Below are positions 10,159 through 20,632 of a DNA stretch of 64,000 bases, piece after piece. Position numbers and translations under genes: made by a program. A model generated the notes under the pieces. The model saw only the letters and a program-made list of their open reading frames with translations, did no database searches and was not told where the DNA came from. Source of the stretch: Candidatus Bathyarchaeota archaeon (GTDB taxonomy: Archaea; Thermoproteota; Bathyarchaeia; Bathyarchaeales; Bathycorpusculaceae); the NCBI GenBank assembly GCA_963832745.1, contig CAWHVC010000003.1, positions 224,001-288,000 on the forward strand, given 5' to 3'. Numbering within the stretch: the stretch's first letter is position 1; each line of letters starts with the position of its first letter.

Positions 10159-10737
10159 ATGACCATAGCTCAAAACGTCCGCTACTACCTACGAAACAAG
10201 CCCTACCTACTTGAAGCACTTGAAAAAAACATAGTTAACCTAAGCGAGCTATCCCGCCAAATCCAAAATGAACTAAACACAGATAACACAAGCGCCGTAA
10301 AAGCTGCCCTGCGACGATTCTCTGAAGAACTACAAAAGCACAAACAGAAAAGAGAAGAAAAAGTTCTTGCACTGCTTAAACGCAGCAGCATCGCAGTTTA
10401 CGACAGAAAATCTGTCATGATAACCTCGAAAGAAATGCAATCTAAAAATGGCATGAAAGTTGACTTGCCAGGAAAATACGTGTATCTCCTTGACAGGTCA
10501 GATTTGCCTGAACGCATAACCACACTTGTCAAGCATGAAAACTGCACAATGATTGTTATTCATTCGCCTGAAGAGTTAGAAGCAACTCCAGGTGTTGTCG
10601 CTTTCCTTGCAACCTTGCTGGCAGAACAGAACGTTAACATGATTGAGTTCATTTCATGCTGGACTGAAACAGTCATTGTCGTAGAAAAGAAGGATAGCCT
10701 AAAAACCTATGAAGTCCTCTCAAACATGGTAGGCTAA
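10159..10737 (+). CDS. ACT-domain protein with N-terminal helical (possibly DNA-binding) domain; candidate amino-acid-responsive regulator
   Basis: C-terminal TPGVVAFLATLLAEQNVNMIEFISCWTETVIVV is ACT-like; divergent from argG; TTTAAAT about 26 nt before ATG suggests a leaderless mRNA. Confidence 0.7.
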   Translation: MTIAQNVRYYLRNKPYLLEALEKNIVNLSELSRQIQNELNTDNTSAVKAALRRFSEELQKHKQKREEKVLALLKRSSIAVYDRKSVMITSKEMQSKNGMKVDLPGKYVYLLDRSDLPERITTLVKHENCTMIVIHSPEELEATPGVVAFLATLLAEQNVNMIEFISCWTETVIVVEKKDSLKTYEVLSNMVG

Positions 10738-10796
10738 GCCGTAAACTTAGCAATAAAATTAATAATATTCACAATCGATAAAGTTTCTAACCCAGA

Positions 10797-11759
10797 GTGA
10801 AAATAAAGATGCCAGCAAAACAAGTAACAGTAAAAGCGCCAGCAACAAGCGCCAACCTTGGTCCAGGCTTTGACGTTTTCGGCATAGCCCTAGAGCAGCC
10901 AAGCGACAAAGTAACCCTAACAGGCACTATGCATGGAATAAAAATCCAAATCAGCGGCATAGGAGCAAGAACAATCTCACTTACACCAGATAAAAACACG
11001 GCAGGTCTTGTAGCAAAAAAAATGATAAACGATTTCAAATTAAACACTGGCCTGCACATTCATGTTGAAAAAGGCATTTTCCCTGGAAAAGGGTTAGGAA
11101 GCAGCGCAGCTTCAGCAGCCGCAGTAGCGTTTGGCATCAACACCATGTTTGATTTAGGCTTAAGCAATAAACAGTTAATTGAGTACGCAGCAAAAGGCGA
11201 GGTAGCCTCCGCTGGTTCTGAGCATGCAGATAACGTGTCTGCTGCGATATGCGGAAACTTTGTACTCATCCGTTCATATAATCCCTTAGAAATTATCAAT
11301 TTGGAGTGCCCAAAAGATATGGAACTCGCAGTAGCTATGCCTAAAATGATTACGCCTCCAAACAAGACCGAAAAAGCCCGAGCAGTAATTCCAAAACTAG
11401 TACCTCTAGAAAAGCATGTTCAAAATTTGGGCAAGGCAGTTGCTATGGCGGTTGGGTTTGCCATCGGTGATGTGGATATTATCGGTCAATCGATGGTTGA
11501 TGTTATTGTTGAACCAGCTAGGGCATCATTAGTTCCAGGTTACAGTAAAGTTAAAGAAAACGCGTTAAATGCAGGCGCATTAGGCGTGACGATAAGCGGC
11601 GCTGGACCAGCCATGATAGCTATCGTAAACAAAAACAAAGGCGACACAGCTAAAGTTGCAGCGGCAATGCATGAAGGCTTCCTATCGGCGGGTTATGATT
11701 CTAACGCTTTCGCCACAAAACCCGGCAAAGGCGCCTACTTAGTGGAGATGAAACTATGA
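10797..11759 (+). CDS. thrB: Homoserine kinase
   Basis: PATSANLGPGFD, GKGLGSSAAS (GHMP), SGAGP. Confidence 0.96.
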   Translation: MKIKMPAKQVTVKAPATSANLGPGFDVFGIALEQPSDKVTLTGTMHGIKIQISGIGARTISLTPDKNTAGLVAKKMINDFKLNTGLHIHVEKGIFPGKGLGSSAASAAAVAFGINTMFDLGLSNKQLIEYAAKGEVASAGSEHADNVSAAICGNFVLIRSYNPLEIINLECPKDMELAVAMPKMITPPNKTEKARAVIPKLVPLEKHVQNLGKAVAMAVGFAIGDVDIIGQSMVDVIVEPARASLVPGYSKVKENALNAGALGVTISGAGPAMIAIVNKNKGDTAKVAAAMHEGFLSAGYDSNAFATKPGKGAYLVEMKL

Positions 11760-13006
11760 GTTACCAAGAATGCATAAACTGTCACACAAAATACGACATA
11801 GACGAAATAGTATATTTCTGCAAAAAATGCGGAGACATCCTTGAAATAAAAATGGACATAGAAAGGGCAGCAGAAACCGTTAAAACTGGAGACTACAAGA
11901 AAACTCCAATTTCTGTTTGGCGTTACCGCGACTTTATGCCAATTCATGAAGCAACAAAAGTGGTCACTCTAAATGAAGGAGGAACTGGCCTTCACCGTTC
12001 CGAACGCCTTGGCGAAGCACTTGGACTTACCAATTTGTGGATAAAAAATGAGGGCGAAAATCCAACAGGCAGCTTCAAAGACAGAGGCATGACCGTGGGC
12101 GTGACCAAAGCTGTCGAACTGGGAGCACGACACGTAATCTGCGCTTCAACAGGCAATACAAGCGCCAGCCTAGCAGCCTACGCCGCACGCGCAGGAATAA
12201 GATGCACCGTGCTGATTCCGTCAGGCAAAATTGCTTACGGCAAACTATCACAAGCCATGATTCACGGCGCCAAAGTCCTTCAAGTCCGCGGCAACTTTGA
12301 CGAAGCCCTCGAGTTTGTACTAAAACTTGCTGAGAAACACCCAAGCATTTACTTACTCAACTCAATTAATCCCTTCCGTATAGAAGGTCAAAAATCGTTA
12401 GGCTATGAAATCTGTGAACAACTAAATTATGACGCCCCAGACCGTCTAATCGTGCCCGTCGGAAACGCGGGAAACATAAGCGCCATCTGGAAAGGCTTCA
12501 GCGAATTCTACAAACTCGGCCTAATCAAGAACCTGCCCAAAATGACTGGAATTCAAGCGGCAGGTTCAGCACCCATTGCCAAAGCAATCAAGAGCCACAG
12601 CAACAAAATCGTGCCAGTCGCAGAGCCAGAAACTGTTGCAACAGCCATCCGCATCGGTGCGCCAGTTAGCTGGAAGAAAGCTATCAACGCCATTAACGAT
12701 TCTCATGGCACAGCAGAAACTGTTACAGACGAAGAAATCCTTAATGCCCAAAAGCTTTTGGCACAGATTGAAGGCATCTTTGTGGAACCCGCAAGCGCCT
12801 CCTCAATCGCGGGTCTTAAGAAGCTTGTGCGTAATGGCATAATTAACAAGGACGAACGCATCGTTTGTGTTACTACTGGTCACGGCTTAAAGGACCCAGA
12901 CACCGCCATCAAAATGAGTGAGAAACCAGTTGAGGTTGACGCGGAAATGACTGCTATCGAAAACGCTTTAGGCATTAAATCCCAAGTAGCAGTAACACAA
13001 AGGTGA
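11756..13006 (+). CDS. thrC: Threonine synthase
   Basis: N-terminal Cys knuckle, NPTGSFKDRG PLP lysine, ASTGNTSAS. Confidence 0.96.
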   Translation: MSYQECINCHTKYDIDEIVYFCKKCGDILEIKMDIERAAETVKTGDYKKTPISVWRYRDFMPIHEATKVVTLNEGGTGLHRSERLGEALGLTNLWIKNEGENPTGSFKDRGMTVGVTKAVELGARHVICASTGNTSASLAAYAARAGIRCTVLIPSGKIAYGKLSQAMIHGAKVLQVRGNFDEALEFVLKLAEKHPSIYLLNSINPFRIEGQKSLGYEICEQLNYDAPDRLIVPVGNAGNISAIWKGFSEFYKLGLIKNLPKMTGIQAAGSAPIAKAIKSHSNKIVPVAEPETVATAIRIGAPVSWKKAINAINDSHGTAETVTDEEILNAQKLLAQIEGIFVEPASASSIAGLKKLVRNGIINKDERIVCVTTGHGLKDPDTAIKMSEKPVEVDAEMTAIENALGIKSQVAVTQR

Positions 13007-13007
13007 A

Positions 13008-14042
13008 TTGGGCATGAGAATTATTTTAGTCGGCTACGGCGTTGTCGGTAAAGGAGTAACCACGATTCTTGCCAAAAGATACTCGGAAAAGATTGCAAGC
13101 TACGGTTTCAACCCAAAAGTTGTCGCCATCGCCGACGTTGACGGGGCAGTAATTAACCCACGTGGTTTTAGCCCTGAAAAGCTGGAAATGTTCAAACAGA
13201 AAGGTTACCCAGTTTCAGCTGACCCAGATTTTGGTCACCAAGGCATGAGTGCTCTTGACGTGATTGAGAACGTGGAAGCCGAAGTCGTCGTGGAAGTAAC
13301 GCCTGTTAACATCAAAAACGCGGAACCTGCACTTTCTCACATCACAAAAGCCTTCAAAACAGGCAAACATGTAGTCACAACAAACAAGGGACCCCTCGCA
13401 TTGGCCATGCCAGCCTTAACAGAGCTTGCAGAATACAATAATGTGTTTTTGCGGTTCAGCGGTACAGTCGGCGGTGGAACACCCATGCTGGAATTCGCCA
13501 AACGTTGTCTTGCAGGCGATCGAATTCTTGCCATCAGAGGCATCTTAAACGGCACAACCAACTACATCTTAACCGAGATGGGTCAAAACCACATTTCATT
13601 CCAAGAGGCACTTTCTACTGCGCAGAAGCTTGGTTACGCAGAAAGAGAACCATCAATGGATATTGACGGTTTTGATACTGCCTGCAAAGTTGTCATTTTA
13701 TCTAATTGGATTATGGGCAAAAAAGTAACCCTAAAAGACGTGGACAGGACAGGCATACGTGAGGTTACGTTGGAGATGCTTAAAGACGCGGCGAAAAGAA
13801 ACAGCACAATCAAACTCGTTGGCACTGTAGATGACAAGCAAGTATCTGTTAGACCAGTTGAAATTCCTTGGGCTAACCCCTTGTGTGTTAGCGGAGTTTT
13901 AAATGCGGTCACTTTCCAAACTGAGTATGCGGCAGATCAAACCCTAATCGGTCGAGGTGCAGGCGGAATAGAGACTGCCAGTGCGGTTTTAAGAGACCTC
14001 TTAGACATAAGACATAAGTTAGCCTCAAAACTACTATCCTAA
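13008..14042 (+). CDS. hom: Homoserine dehydrogenase
   Basis: GYGVVG, VVTTNKGP, GILNGTTNYIL, GRGAGGIETA. Confidence 0.95.
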   Translation: MGMRIILVGYGVVGKGVTTILAKRYSEKIASYGFNPKVVAIADVDGAVINPRGFSPEKLEMFKQKGYPVSADPDFGHQGMSALDVIENVEAEVVVEVTPVNIKNAEPALSHITKAFKTGKHVVTTNKGPLALAMPALTELAEYNNVFLRFSGTVGGGTPMLEFAKRCLAGDRILAIRGILNGTTNYILTEMGQNHISFQEALSTAQKLGYAEREPSMDIDGFDTACKVVILSNWIMGKKVTLKDVDRTGIREVTLEMLKDAAKRNSTIKLVGTVDDKQVSVRPVEIPWANPLCVSGVLNAVTFQTEYAADQTLIGRGAGGIETASAVLRDLLDIRHKLASKLLS

Positions 14043-14059
14043 AAAAGAGCTGAAGAAAG

Positions 14060-15469
14060 ATGAAGAAAGTAATAATGAAGTTCGGCGGAACCAGCGTTGG
14101 CACAGGCGAAAACATACGTCGAGTAGCCGACATAGTATCACAATACTCTAAAGAATACCGTGTCGTTGTTGTAGTTTCAGCTTTGGCAGGAGTAACAAAC
14201 AAACTGTTTGAAGTCGCCTGTCAAGCAATGAAAAGCGACGAAAAACTGGTTAAGAACTTCACAGAGGAGTTACTACAAAAACATAAAGAAGCAGTCGGCG
14301 CCGCTATATCGAGCAAACCGTTACAGAAAGAAGTTAACCAAATCATAGAAGAAACAATAGCGGAGCTTGAAAAAGTATTAACAGGCATACAGTATGTAGG
14401 CGAATTAACCCCGAAATCTAAAGATTACGTGGTCTCCTTTGGCGAGCGCCTATCAGCACCAATTGTTTGGGGCGCAATACAAGACCACAAACTTGAAAGT
14501 CAATGCTTCACAGGCAAAGAAGCAGGCATAGTAACCGACTCCAACTTTGGCGAAGCAGACCCACTCATGAATTTTACAGCTCATCTTGCACGCGAAAGAC
14601 TTGGGCCAGTGCTTGAAAAAGGCGTAATTCCAGTAGTGACTGGCTTTATTGCAGCAAACCAAGACGGCATCGTAACCACCGTTGGACGAGGAGGCAGCGA
14701 CTACACCGCAACCATACTTGGCGTCGCATTGGAAGCAGACGAAGTGTGGATTTGGACAGACGTTGACGGAATCATGACCACTGACCCCAAACTTGTCCCA
14801 TCCGCAAAACTGCTGCCACAACTTAGCTATCAAGAAGCCGCAGAAATGGCGATTTTCGGCGCAAAAGCCATGCATCCACGCGCACTCGGACCAGTAAGCA
14901 AAGAAAACATTCCAGTTAGAATACGCAACGCTTTCCACCCAGAAAACTCAGGTACCCTAATCACCAAAGAGCCAACTTCAAACGCTAAAGAAGTCGTCAA
15001 AGCAGTAGCCATGATAAAGGATGTAGCAATGCTAAATGTTAACGGTGCCGCAATGGTTGGTGCACCCGGCAGTTACGCAAAAGTTTTTGATGTTTTGGGC
15101 AAAAACAACATCAACGTTATGATGATATCAACCGCGGTCAGCGAAGCAAACATTTCAATGATAATTAAACGCGGAATGCTTGGCAGAGCAATAAGCAACC
15201 TTGAAATTGCCCTGCTTGAACGCGGCGGAATGGTCAGCGAAGTTACAGCAGAAGATGACGTCGCCGTAATCGCAGTTATGGGCGCCTACATGAAAGGCAC
15301 ACTGGGTTTAGCTTCAAGAATCTTTGCAACCGTCGCCAAGAAAGGCATAAACATCCGCATGATTGCTCAAGGCAGCAGCGAACTCAACATCAGCTTCGTC
15401 GTTAAAGAAAAAGACGGTATAGAAGTTGTCAGGGCAATTCATGAAGAATTCAACCTCGACAAAGCCTAA
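14060..15469 (+). CDS. lysC: Aspartate kinase (thr-operon paralog, two ACT domains)
   Basis: MKFGGTSV, GRGGSDYTA, WTDVDG, C-terminal ACT pair. Confidence 0.95.
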   Translation: MKKVIMKFGGTSVGTGENIRRVADIVSQYSKEYRVVVVVSALAGVTNKLFEVACQAMKSDEKLVKNFTEELLQKHKEAVGAAISSKPLQKEVNQIIEETIAELEKVLTGIQYVGELTPKSKDYVVSFGERLSAPIVWGAIQDHKLESQCFTGKEAGIVTDSNFGEADPLMNFTAHLARERLGPVLEKGVIPVVTGFIAANQDGIVTTVGRGGSDYTATILGVALEADEVWIWTDVDGIMTTDPKLVPSAKLLPQLSYQEAAEMAIFGAKAMHPRALGPVSKENIPVRIRNAFHPENSGTLITKEPTSNAKEVVKAVAMIKDVAMLNVNGAAMVGAPGSYAKVFDVLGKNNINVMMISTAVSEANISMIIKRGMLGRAISNLEIALLERGGMVSEVTAEDDVAVIAVMGAYMKGTLGLASRIFATVAKKGINIRMIAQGSSELNISFVVKEKDGIEVVRAIHEEFNLDKA

Positions 15470-15480
15470 ATAGGCTTTTT
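15461..15480. terminator. Short hairpin plus T-run between convergent genes
   Basis: aaagccta-aa-taggcttt followed by further Ts, overlapping the ask stop codon. Confidence 0.5.
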
Positions 15481-15492
15481 CTTAATTTTGTT

Positions 15493-17529
15493 CTATTTTA
15501 ATTGTTTAAGCATTGATTCTACGCTGTTTGTTGGGGGCATGCAAGTTTTGCCTTTGCAGACATACGCGGTTGCTTTGCCGTCAAGCTGTGTGTAGTCAGT
15601 GTCGTTGGTTCTTAGTTGGATAGTGGTGTTTGGTAAATACTGCTTGTTGAGGGCATCTATCATTTGGGTGGTATCGGCGTCTTTTGGGTCTCCAACGATT
15701 ACGACACTGCTGGATGGTCCAGTAATCAGGTACATTGCGCTGAGGAAGAAAGTGAAGGCTTGGGGTCCGTCCTCGATTTCGTCGGCGAAGGTGTGGGTCA
15801 TTTGTTCTGCATTTGCTTCGTAGTCTGGGTTGCCTGTTAAGCGGCTAAGCCACAGTAGCACCCAAAACGCTGCCGAGTTGCCCGAGGGGATAGCGCCGTC
15901 ATAGAGTTGTTTAAGCTGGGGCATGCCTTCTGCCTCTACTGTTTGGTAGTAGCCGCCTTTGCTGTTATCCCAAAATCTTGCAACCATGGCTTTGGCTAAA
16001 TCTGCGGCGGCTCCAATATATTTGGCTTCAAAAGTTGCTTCATAAAGCTCGATTAAGCCTAAGGATAGAAATGCGTAGTCGTCAAGGAAACCTTCGATGG
16101 CGGTTTCTCCTTTAATGTGGCGGTGGTAGAGGAGGTCGCCTTTGAGCATGTGGGTTAGGATGAATTCAGCGGCGTTCTTTGCTGCCTCGACGTATTTGGC
16201 TTCGTTTAAGACCTTGCCAGCTTTAGCATAGGCAGCTATCATTAAGCCGTTCCAGTCAGCCAGAACTTTATCATCCAAGGCGGGGGCAACACGCTTCTTT
16301 CTCGCCGTAAAAAGTTCTGAGCGAGCATTGATTAGTTGACTATTTATTTCCTGCATGGTTAAACCTTTGTAAGGGGCAAGTTCTTCAAGGGATTCGGCGA
16401 TGTAAAGCACGTTTTTGCCGGTTGGTCTTCCGTGTTCTGAAAAGTTGCCTTCAGCTTTCAAACCAAAAACGTGGACTACCAATTCTGCATCTGCTAGCTG
16501 TAAGGTGTCGAGGACTTCGTTTAGTGTCCAGAGGTAGAATTTGCCTTCTTCGCCTTCGCTGTCAGCGTCTTGCGCTGAATAGAAACCGCCTTCTGGTGAC
16601 GTTAATTCACGCTGAACATAATCAAGAGTTTCTCGAGCGGTCTGGGCGTAGATTTGGTTGCCTGTTAACTGGTAAGCTTCAATGTAAGCCAACACGAGCA
16701 GGGCTTGGTCGTAAAGCATCTTTTCAAAATGTGGAACAAGCCAATACGCATCGGTGCTGTAACGATGGAAACCGTAGCCAATTTGATCAAAAACTCCACC
16801 AAGACGCATCTTTGTCAGGGTTTGCTCGACCATGGCTAAAGCTTTCTTTTCCCCAGTCTGAGCATAATACCGCATCAGAAACAAAAGCCTGTGAGGAATT
16901 GGAAATTTTGGTGCAGCATAAAAGCCGCCGTTAACATCGTCGAAATCCATCTGTAAATGCTCATAAGCCGCCGTCAGCACCGACTCATCAAGCTGAGTCT
17001 CTGAAATCTTGTTTTCCACCACTAACAAACGACGTTTAACATCTTGCCCAACCATTTCCATTTCCTGCCGCTGGGTTTTCCAAATATGCATTATTTGAGG
17101 TACAAGGTCCAGTAAGCCAACTATACCGAAAAGGCTGGTTTTGGGAATGTAGCTGGCGACGAAGAACGGGTTAAGGTTGGGGGTTAGGATGATGTTTAGG
17201 GGCCAGCCGCAGTTTCTGCCCATTGCTTGACAGTAAGCCATGTAAGAGGCGTCGATGTCGGGACGTTCTTCTCGGTCCACTTTTATGCAGACAAACGCTT
17301 CATTGAGTAAGTCGGCGACTTGTGGGTCGCTGAAGCTTTCATGCGCCATTACGTGGCACCAGTGGCAACTGGAGTAGCCGATGCTTACAAAAACAGGTTT
17401 ATCTTCAGCCTTTGCCCTATCAAAAGCTTCTTGCCCCCATGGATACCAATCCACTGGGTTGTAAGCGTGCTCGAGAAGGTAAGGGCTTTTTTCATTAATG
17501 AGCCTATTAGGTTTAAGGTTTGACTGCAA
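15493..17529 (-). CDS. YyaL/SPATA20-family thioredoxin-domain protein (DUF255)
   Basis: [41 protein letters not shown]. Confidence 0.93.
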   Translation of the reverse strand: MQSNLKPNRLINEKSPYLLEHAYNPVDWYPWGQEAFDRAKAEDKPVFVSIGYSSCHWCHVMAHESFSDPQVADLLNEAFVCIKVDREERPDIDASYMAYCQAMGRNCGWPLNIILTPNLNPFFVASYIPKTSLFGIVGLLDLVPQIMHIWKTQRQEMEMVGQDVKRRLLVVENKISETQLDESVLTAAYEHLQMDFDDVNGGFYAAPKFPIPHRLLFLMRYYAQTGEKKALAMVEQTLTKMRLGGVFDQIGYGFHRYSTDAYWLVPHFEKMLYDQALLVLAYIEAYQLTGNQIYAQTARETLDYVQRELTSPEGGFYSAQDADSEGEEGKFYLWTLNEVLDTLQLADAELVVHVFGLKAEGNFSEHGRPTGKNVLYIAESLEELAPYKGLTMQEINSQLINARSELFTARKKRVAPALDDKVLADWNGLMIAAYAKAGKVLNEAKYVEAAKNAAEFILTHMLKGDLLYHRHIKGETAIEGFLDDYAFLSLGLIELYEATFEAKYIGAAADLAKAMVARFWDNSKGGYYQTVEAEGMPQLKQLYDGAIPSGNSAAFWVLLWLSRLTGNPDYEANAEQMTHTFADEIEDGPQAFTFFLSAMYLITGPSSSVVIVGDPKDADTTQMIDALNKQYLPNTTIQLRTNDTDYTQLDGKATAYVCKGKTCMPPTNSVESMLKQLK

Positions 17530-17578
17530 AAAACGACCATCCTATACAATATTGTATGGCGCTAAGGGTTTTTAATCA

Positions 17579-17980
17579 TTATTCAACAGTTAACGCTAAC
17601 TTATCCATCTTATCTGTAAGAAAAGCAAAATCGACTGAACAAAACAGGTGACTTGCACAGTTACAATCGGAACAACCAAAATTGGGCACAGAATCGCAAT
17701 TCTTAGCCAACAATTGTGCGGTTTGGCATTCACACATTTTGTCTACCTCCAAACAGTAAACCTCTGTAACCTCAACTGCAGGGTCAACTAACAGGTAATC
17801 GATATGCCAAAAGAAGCGTTTTTCTTTTCGCAGGTGCCGTTTAACACGGGCTTCGAGACTATTTTGGGCTGAACCCACATACGCATACAGTCCTGCAGGA
17901 AAACTGATTTCGCCTAAAGCACCAACTTTTAGACTTATGGGTTTACTGATTTTGATTATGAGAACGTAGATGCCTTTCAC
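17579..17980 (-). CDS. GIY-YIG (Uri-superfamily, DUF123) endonuclease
   Basis: KGIY...YAYVGSA...WHIDYL...FGCSDC-C-SHL. Confidence 0.88.
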   Translation of the reverse strand: MKGIYVLIIKISKPISLKVGALGEISFPAGLYAYVGSAQNSLEARVKRHLRKEKRFFWHIDYLLVDPAVEVTEVYCLEVDKMCECQTAQLLAKNCDSVPNFGCSDCNCASHLFCSVDFAFLTDKMDKLALTVE

Positions 17981-17989
17981 GGTACTCGC

Positions 17990-18409
17990 CTAGGCCGATA
18001 AGAGCGCGGTAGTGGTTTGGGCTTGCACGTATTTTTGGGCTTTCTCTTTTAGGGTTTGGTCTTCTGTTATGAGTTTGATGTTTTTTTGTTTTGCAAAATA
18101 GATGTAGCTTGAATCGTAAAACGAGAGGTTTTCGGTTTTGGCTATTTCCATGATCTGCTGAAAAGTTACGTCTTGATTTAGGATTTTGTCTATTCTCGAC
18201 AGAATGAGTTGAGCAACTTTTTCCAACACTTTTGCTTCTTGCTGGGTTAAGAATTTGGCGATGCCGCTTTCTTTGAGGAGGGCGTTTCCAACTTCATAAA
18301 CGGTTAGGTCTAGGATGAGTGAGTTTTGGAGGTGCTGAAACGTGGTTTGTACGTTTGCTTTTTTGATTAAAAGTATGAATGCGGAGGCGTCGAGTAGGTA
18401 TTGTTTCAT
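17990..18409 (-). CDS. vapC: PIN-domain (VapC) toxin
   Basis: LLDASA, YEVGNAL, LSFYDSSY, LITED. Confidence 0.9.
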   Translation of the reverse strand: MKQYLLDASAFILLIKKANVQTTFQHLQNSLILDLTVYEVGNALLKESGIAKFLTQQEAKVLEKVAQLILSRIDKILNQDVTFQQIMEIAKTENLSFYDSSYIYFAKQKNIKLITEDQTLKEKAQKYVQAQTTTALLSA

Positions 18410-18630
18410 CTTGGGTCTCTTGAGTCATGTATGGCGGTTGCGATTTCGGCGTCTGGGATTTTTTCGAGGACTAATTTCATTTCGCTTATGGCGTTTGATA
18501 GTTCGGCGTTTTCGATTCTGCGGATTTCATCTTCGAGTGCTAGGCGGACGGTTTCTGAGACGTTGATTTTGTGTTGGCGGATTTTGTCTTTGAGCGTTTT
18601 TTCTACTCGGACGGTAATGATTTCTGACAT
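18406..18630 (-). CDS. Ribbon-helix-helix (CcdA/VapB-like) antitoxin
   Basis: IITVRV...INVSETVRLALEDEI; overlaps the PIN gene by ATGA; palindrome TGTATTACA (18639-18647) lies between TATA box and start. Confidence 0.85.
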   Translation of the reverse strand: MSEIITVRVEKTLKDKIRQHKINVSETVRLALEDEIRRIENAELSNAISEMKLVLEKIPDAEIATAIHDSRDPR

Positions 18631-18771
18631 ACAAAAAATGTATTACAATTATGTATATAAGCATGCCGTTATACAATAAACGTAAGACAACAACAGTCCA
18701 TCAAAAACCTGCAAAACAACACAACAAACATTAATCCAGCCAAACCCAACCAGTAAACAAAGTGCCAAAAA

Positions 18772-19338
18772 ATGCCAGAAATCGACCACACCCCAGAAAC
18801 CCTACAAAAACTAAAACAATTACTAAACCCACAAAACGACACCTACCAGTTCTTAGGCTTCACCTTCAACCTAAAAACCGCAACCCTAACCAACCACATA
18901 GGCAAAGTCAACCCTGAAGAACTAAGCATAAAACTCTTACCCGCCATACTAAGCCACTACTCCCAAGCCAAACCCGCCCCCTCAATTGGCAACCTTGTAA
19001 AATTCAAAGACTTACCCGGCGGCTACTCCTACGCAGAAGCCTTCACCAAAAGGGCAATTGAACCCGTAGCAAAAACGTTTGGCAACAATCCACAACTCAT
19101 GGTCAAAGCAGCACAACTTTTAGAAGGAAAACCCCTCAAGCTTGGAGACGCTTCCTTTGTTATAGAAGCCTTGAAAGGCATTACGTTAACGTACATTCTT
19201 TGGAGGGCAGACGAAGAGTTCCCTGCAGAAGTTAATATTTTGTTTGATGATTCCGCAAGCAGCTATTTGCCTACGGAAGACTTGGCGGTGCTTGGCGAGT
19301 TAACAACAGTTCGTCTCATTGCAGCAAGCAAACCCTAA
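18772..19338 (+). CDS. DUF3786-domain protein
   Basis: FKDLPGGYSY...WRADEEFPAEVNILFD...LPTEDL. Confidence 0.8.
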   Translation: MPEIDHTPETLQKLKQLLNPQNDTYQFLGFTFNLKTATLTNHIGKVNPEELSIKLLPAILSHYSQAKPAPSIGNLVKFKDLPGGYSYAEAFTKRAIEPVAKTFGNNPQLMVKAAQLLEGKPLKLGDASFVIEALKGITLTYILWRADEEFPAEVNILFDDSASSYLPTEDLAVLGELTTVRLIAASKP

Positions 19339-19347
19339 AAAAGTAAT

Positions 19348-19488
19348 TCACCAGCACTGTACCAAACAAATATCCATCCAAACTTTTTCAAAAGCAAGTT
19401 TATGACTGGTTTGGATATGCCTTGTCAATTCTTCAGATTTTGAAAAAACAGCGTTACAGATTGGGCATTCTTTGCCTGATTGTGTCAT
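19348..19488 (-). CDS. Small C2H2 zinc-finger protein (46 aa)
   Basis: MTQSGKECPICNAVFSKSEELTRHIQTSH fits C-x2-C-x3-F-x5-L-x2-H-x4-H; start moved to the ATG at 19488. Confidence 0.7.
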   Translation of the reverse strand: MTQSGKECPICNAVFSKSEELTRHIQTSHKLAFEKVWMDICLVQCW

Positions 19489-19691
19489 AAAAAAGAACCC
19501 TAAAAGAGACAGGGATTTTGCCTTTTTACGGTTATGTGATTGCAAGATGGAACAACAAAACGGTTTCTGTGATTCTTGATAAACATAAAATATTTGAGAA
19601 ATACAAGGGGGGCTGGTGTTAATGGTTAAAAATCGAGCCAAAGTTGTAAAAAAGTGAGGAGCAGCCCTTGATAGAGCGTGCCCTTTCGGGT

Positions 19692-20396
19692 TTAGTTTAT
19701 TGTGATTACCACGTTGTCAATGTTGTAGGTTAACTGTGTTTCCCAACGCACAGAAAAGCCCAATGCAACATAGACATCACCTGAAGAGCCAACGTCTACT
19801 TCTTGAGATATACTGTAGGTTTTCCAGCCTGCAACATCATTTGCATTGCCTAACACTTGGAAGTCACCTTCAGTTGAGGGATTTTTGTCTCCGACGTAAC
19901 CCACAACTGCTGCCATGGTGTTGAAGCTTTCATTTTCACTCCAGAAGCTAAAGGTAACGTTAACGTTTCTGGTCTGGTTTGGTTCTAAGTGAAGTTTTTG
20001 TTCAATCCAGACGGTTCCGTCGTCTTGAAGTCCGTCAATGTAGAGCTGAACGGAATGGTTGCCTGTGGAGGAAACGTTTGCTACGGTTGTAACGTTCCAG
20101 TCAACCTGCGCTGGGAGGTCTACATCTGCTGTCCAGTTGCCTAAGCCGTCCTCAAAATCGCTAGTTAGGGTTTGGTTTTGGGTTGGCGTTGGAGTAGGGG
20201 ATGGTGAAGGTGTAGGTGTCGCGGTGGGAGTTGCAGTTGGGCTTGGTGTTGGCGTGGGCGTTGGAGTTGGCGTTTGAGCAAACAAGTCGGGATTAAAGAA
20301 AAATACGCCTGCAACAATAGCTACAACCAAAACCAATGCAGCGCCTATTACAATGATTGATTTAGAGTTCATTATTTTGTCATCCTGTTTTTTCAT
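19692..20396 (-). CDS. Membrane-anchored surface protein with Pro/Thr linker and beta-sandwich domain
   Basis: N-terminal TM, (TP)n tract around 20180-20275, SDFEDG...YNIDNVVI carbohydrate-binding-like domain. Confidence 0.65.
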   Translation of the reverse strand: MKKQDDKIMNSKSIIVIGAALVLVVAIVAGVFFFNPDLFAQTPTPTPTPTPSPTATPTATPTPSPSPTPTPTQNQTLTSDFEDGLGNWTADVDLPAQVDWNVTTVANVSSTGNHSVQLYIDGLQDDGTVWIEQKLHLEPNQTRNVNVTFSFWSENESFNTMAAVVGYVGDKNPSTEGDFQVLGNANDVAGWKTYSISQEVDVGSSGDVYVALGFSVRWETQLTYNIDNVVITIN

Positions 20397-20475
20397 AACT
20401 GACTGTCAAAGGGCGGATTTAGCGCTAAGCCTTAGAACATCCTGTCTAACAAATAGAACACAGTAGGCGCTATAC

Positions 20476-20560
20476 AGCTCAAAGCTGCAAAACACTAAAA
20501 GGGGGTAGGTCCTATTGGTTGAAAACCACGTTATTAGTATGTTGAAAACAAGTAGTTTAG
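20476..20560 (+). repeat. Dispersed intergenic repeat, copy B (middle + 3' modules)
   Basis: agctcaaagctgcaaaacactaaaagggggtaggtcctattggttgaaaa...ttagtatgttgaaaa matches 62391-62472 and 2774-2822. Confidence 0.75.
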
Positions 20561-20632
20561 AAAGAAACCGACATACAAGAAAAAAGTGCTCTTCCAAACG
20601 GTGTCCTGCTTTGTGAAAACGACCGGCTGGTT

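Noticed and set aside
20180-20275. Low-complexity tandem repeat
   Set aside because: Simply encodes the Thr-Pro linker of a surface protein
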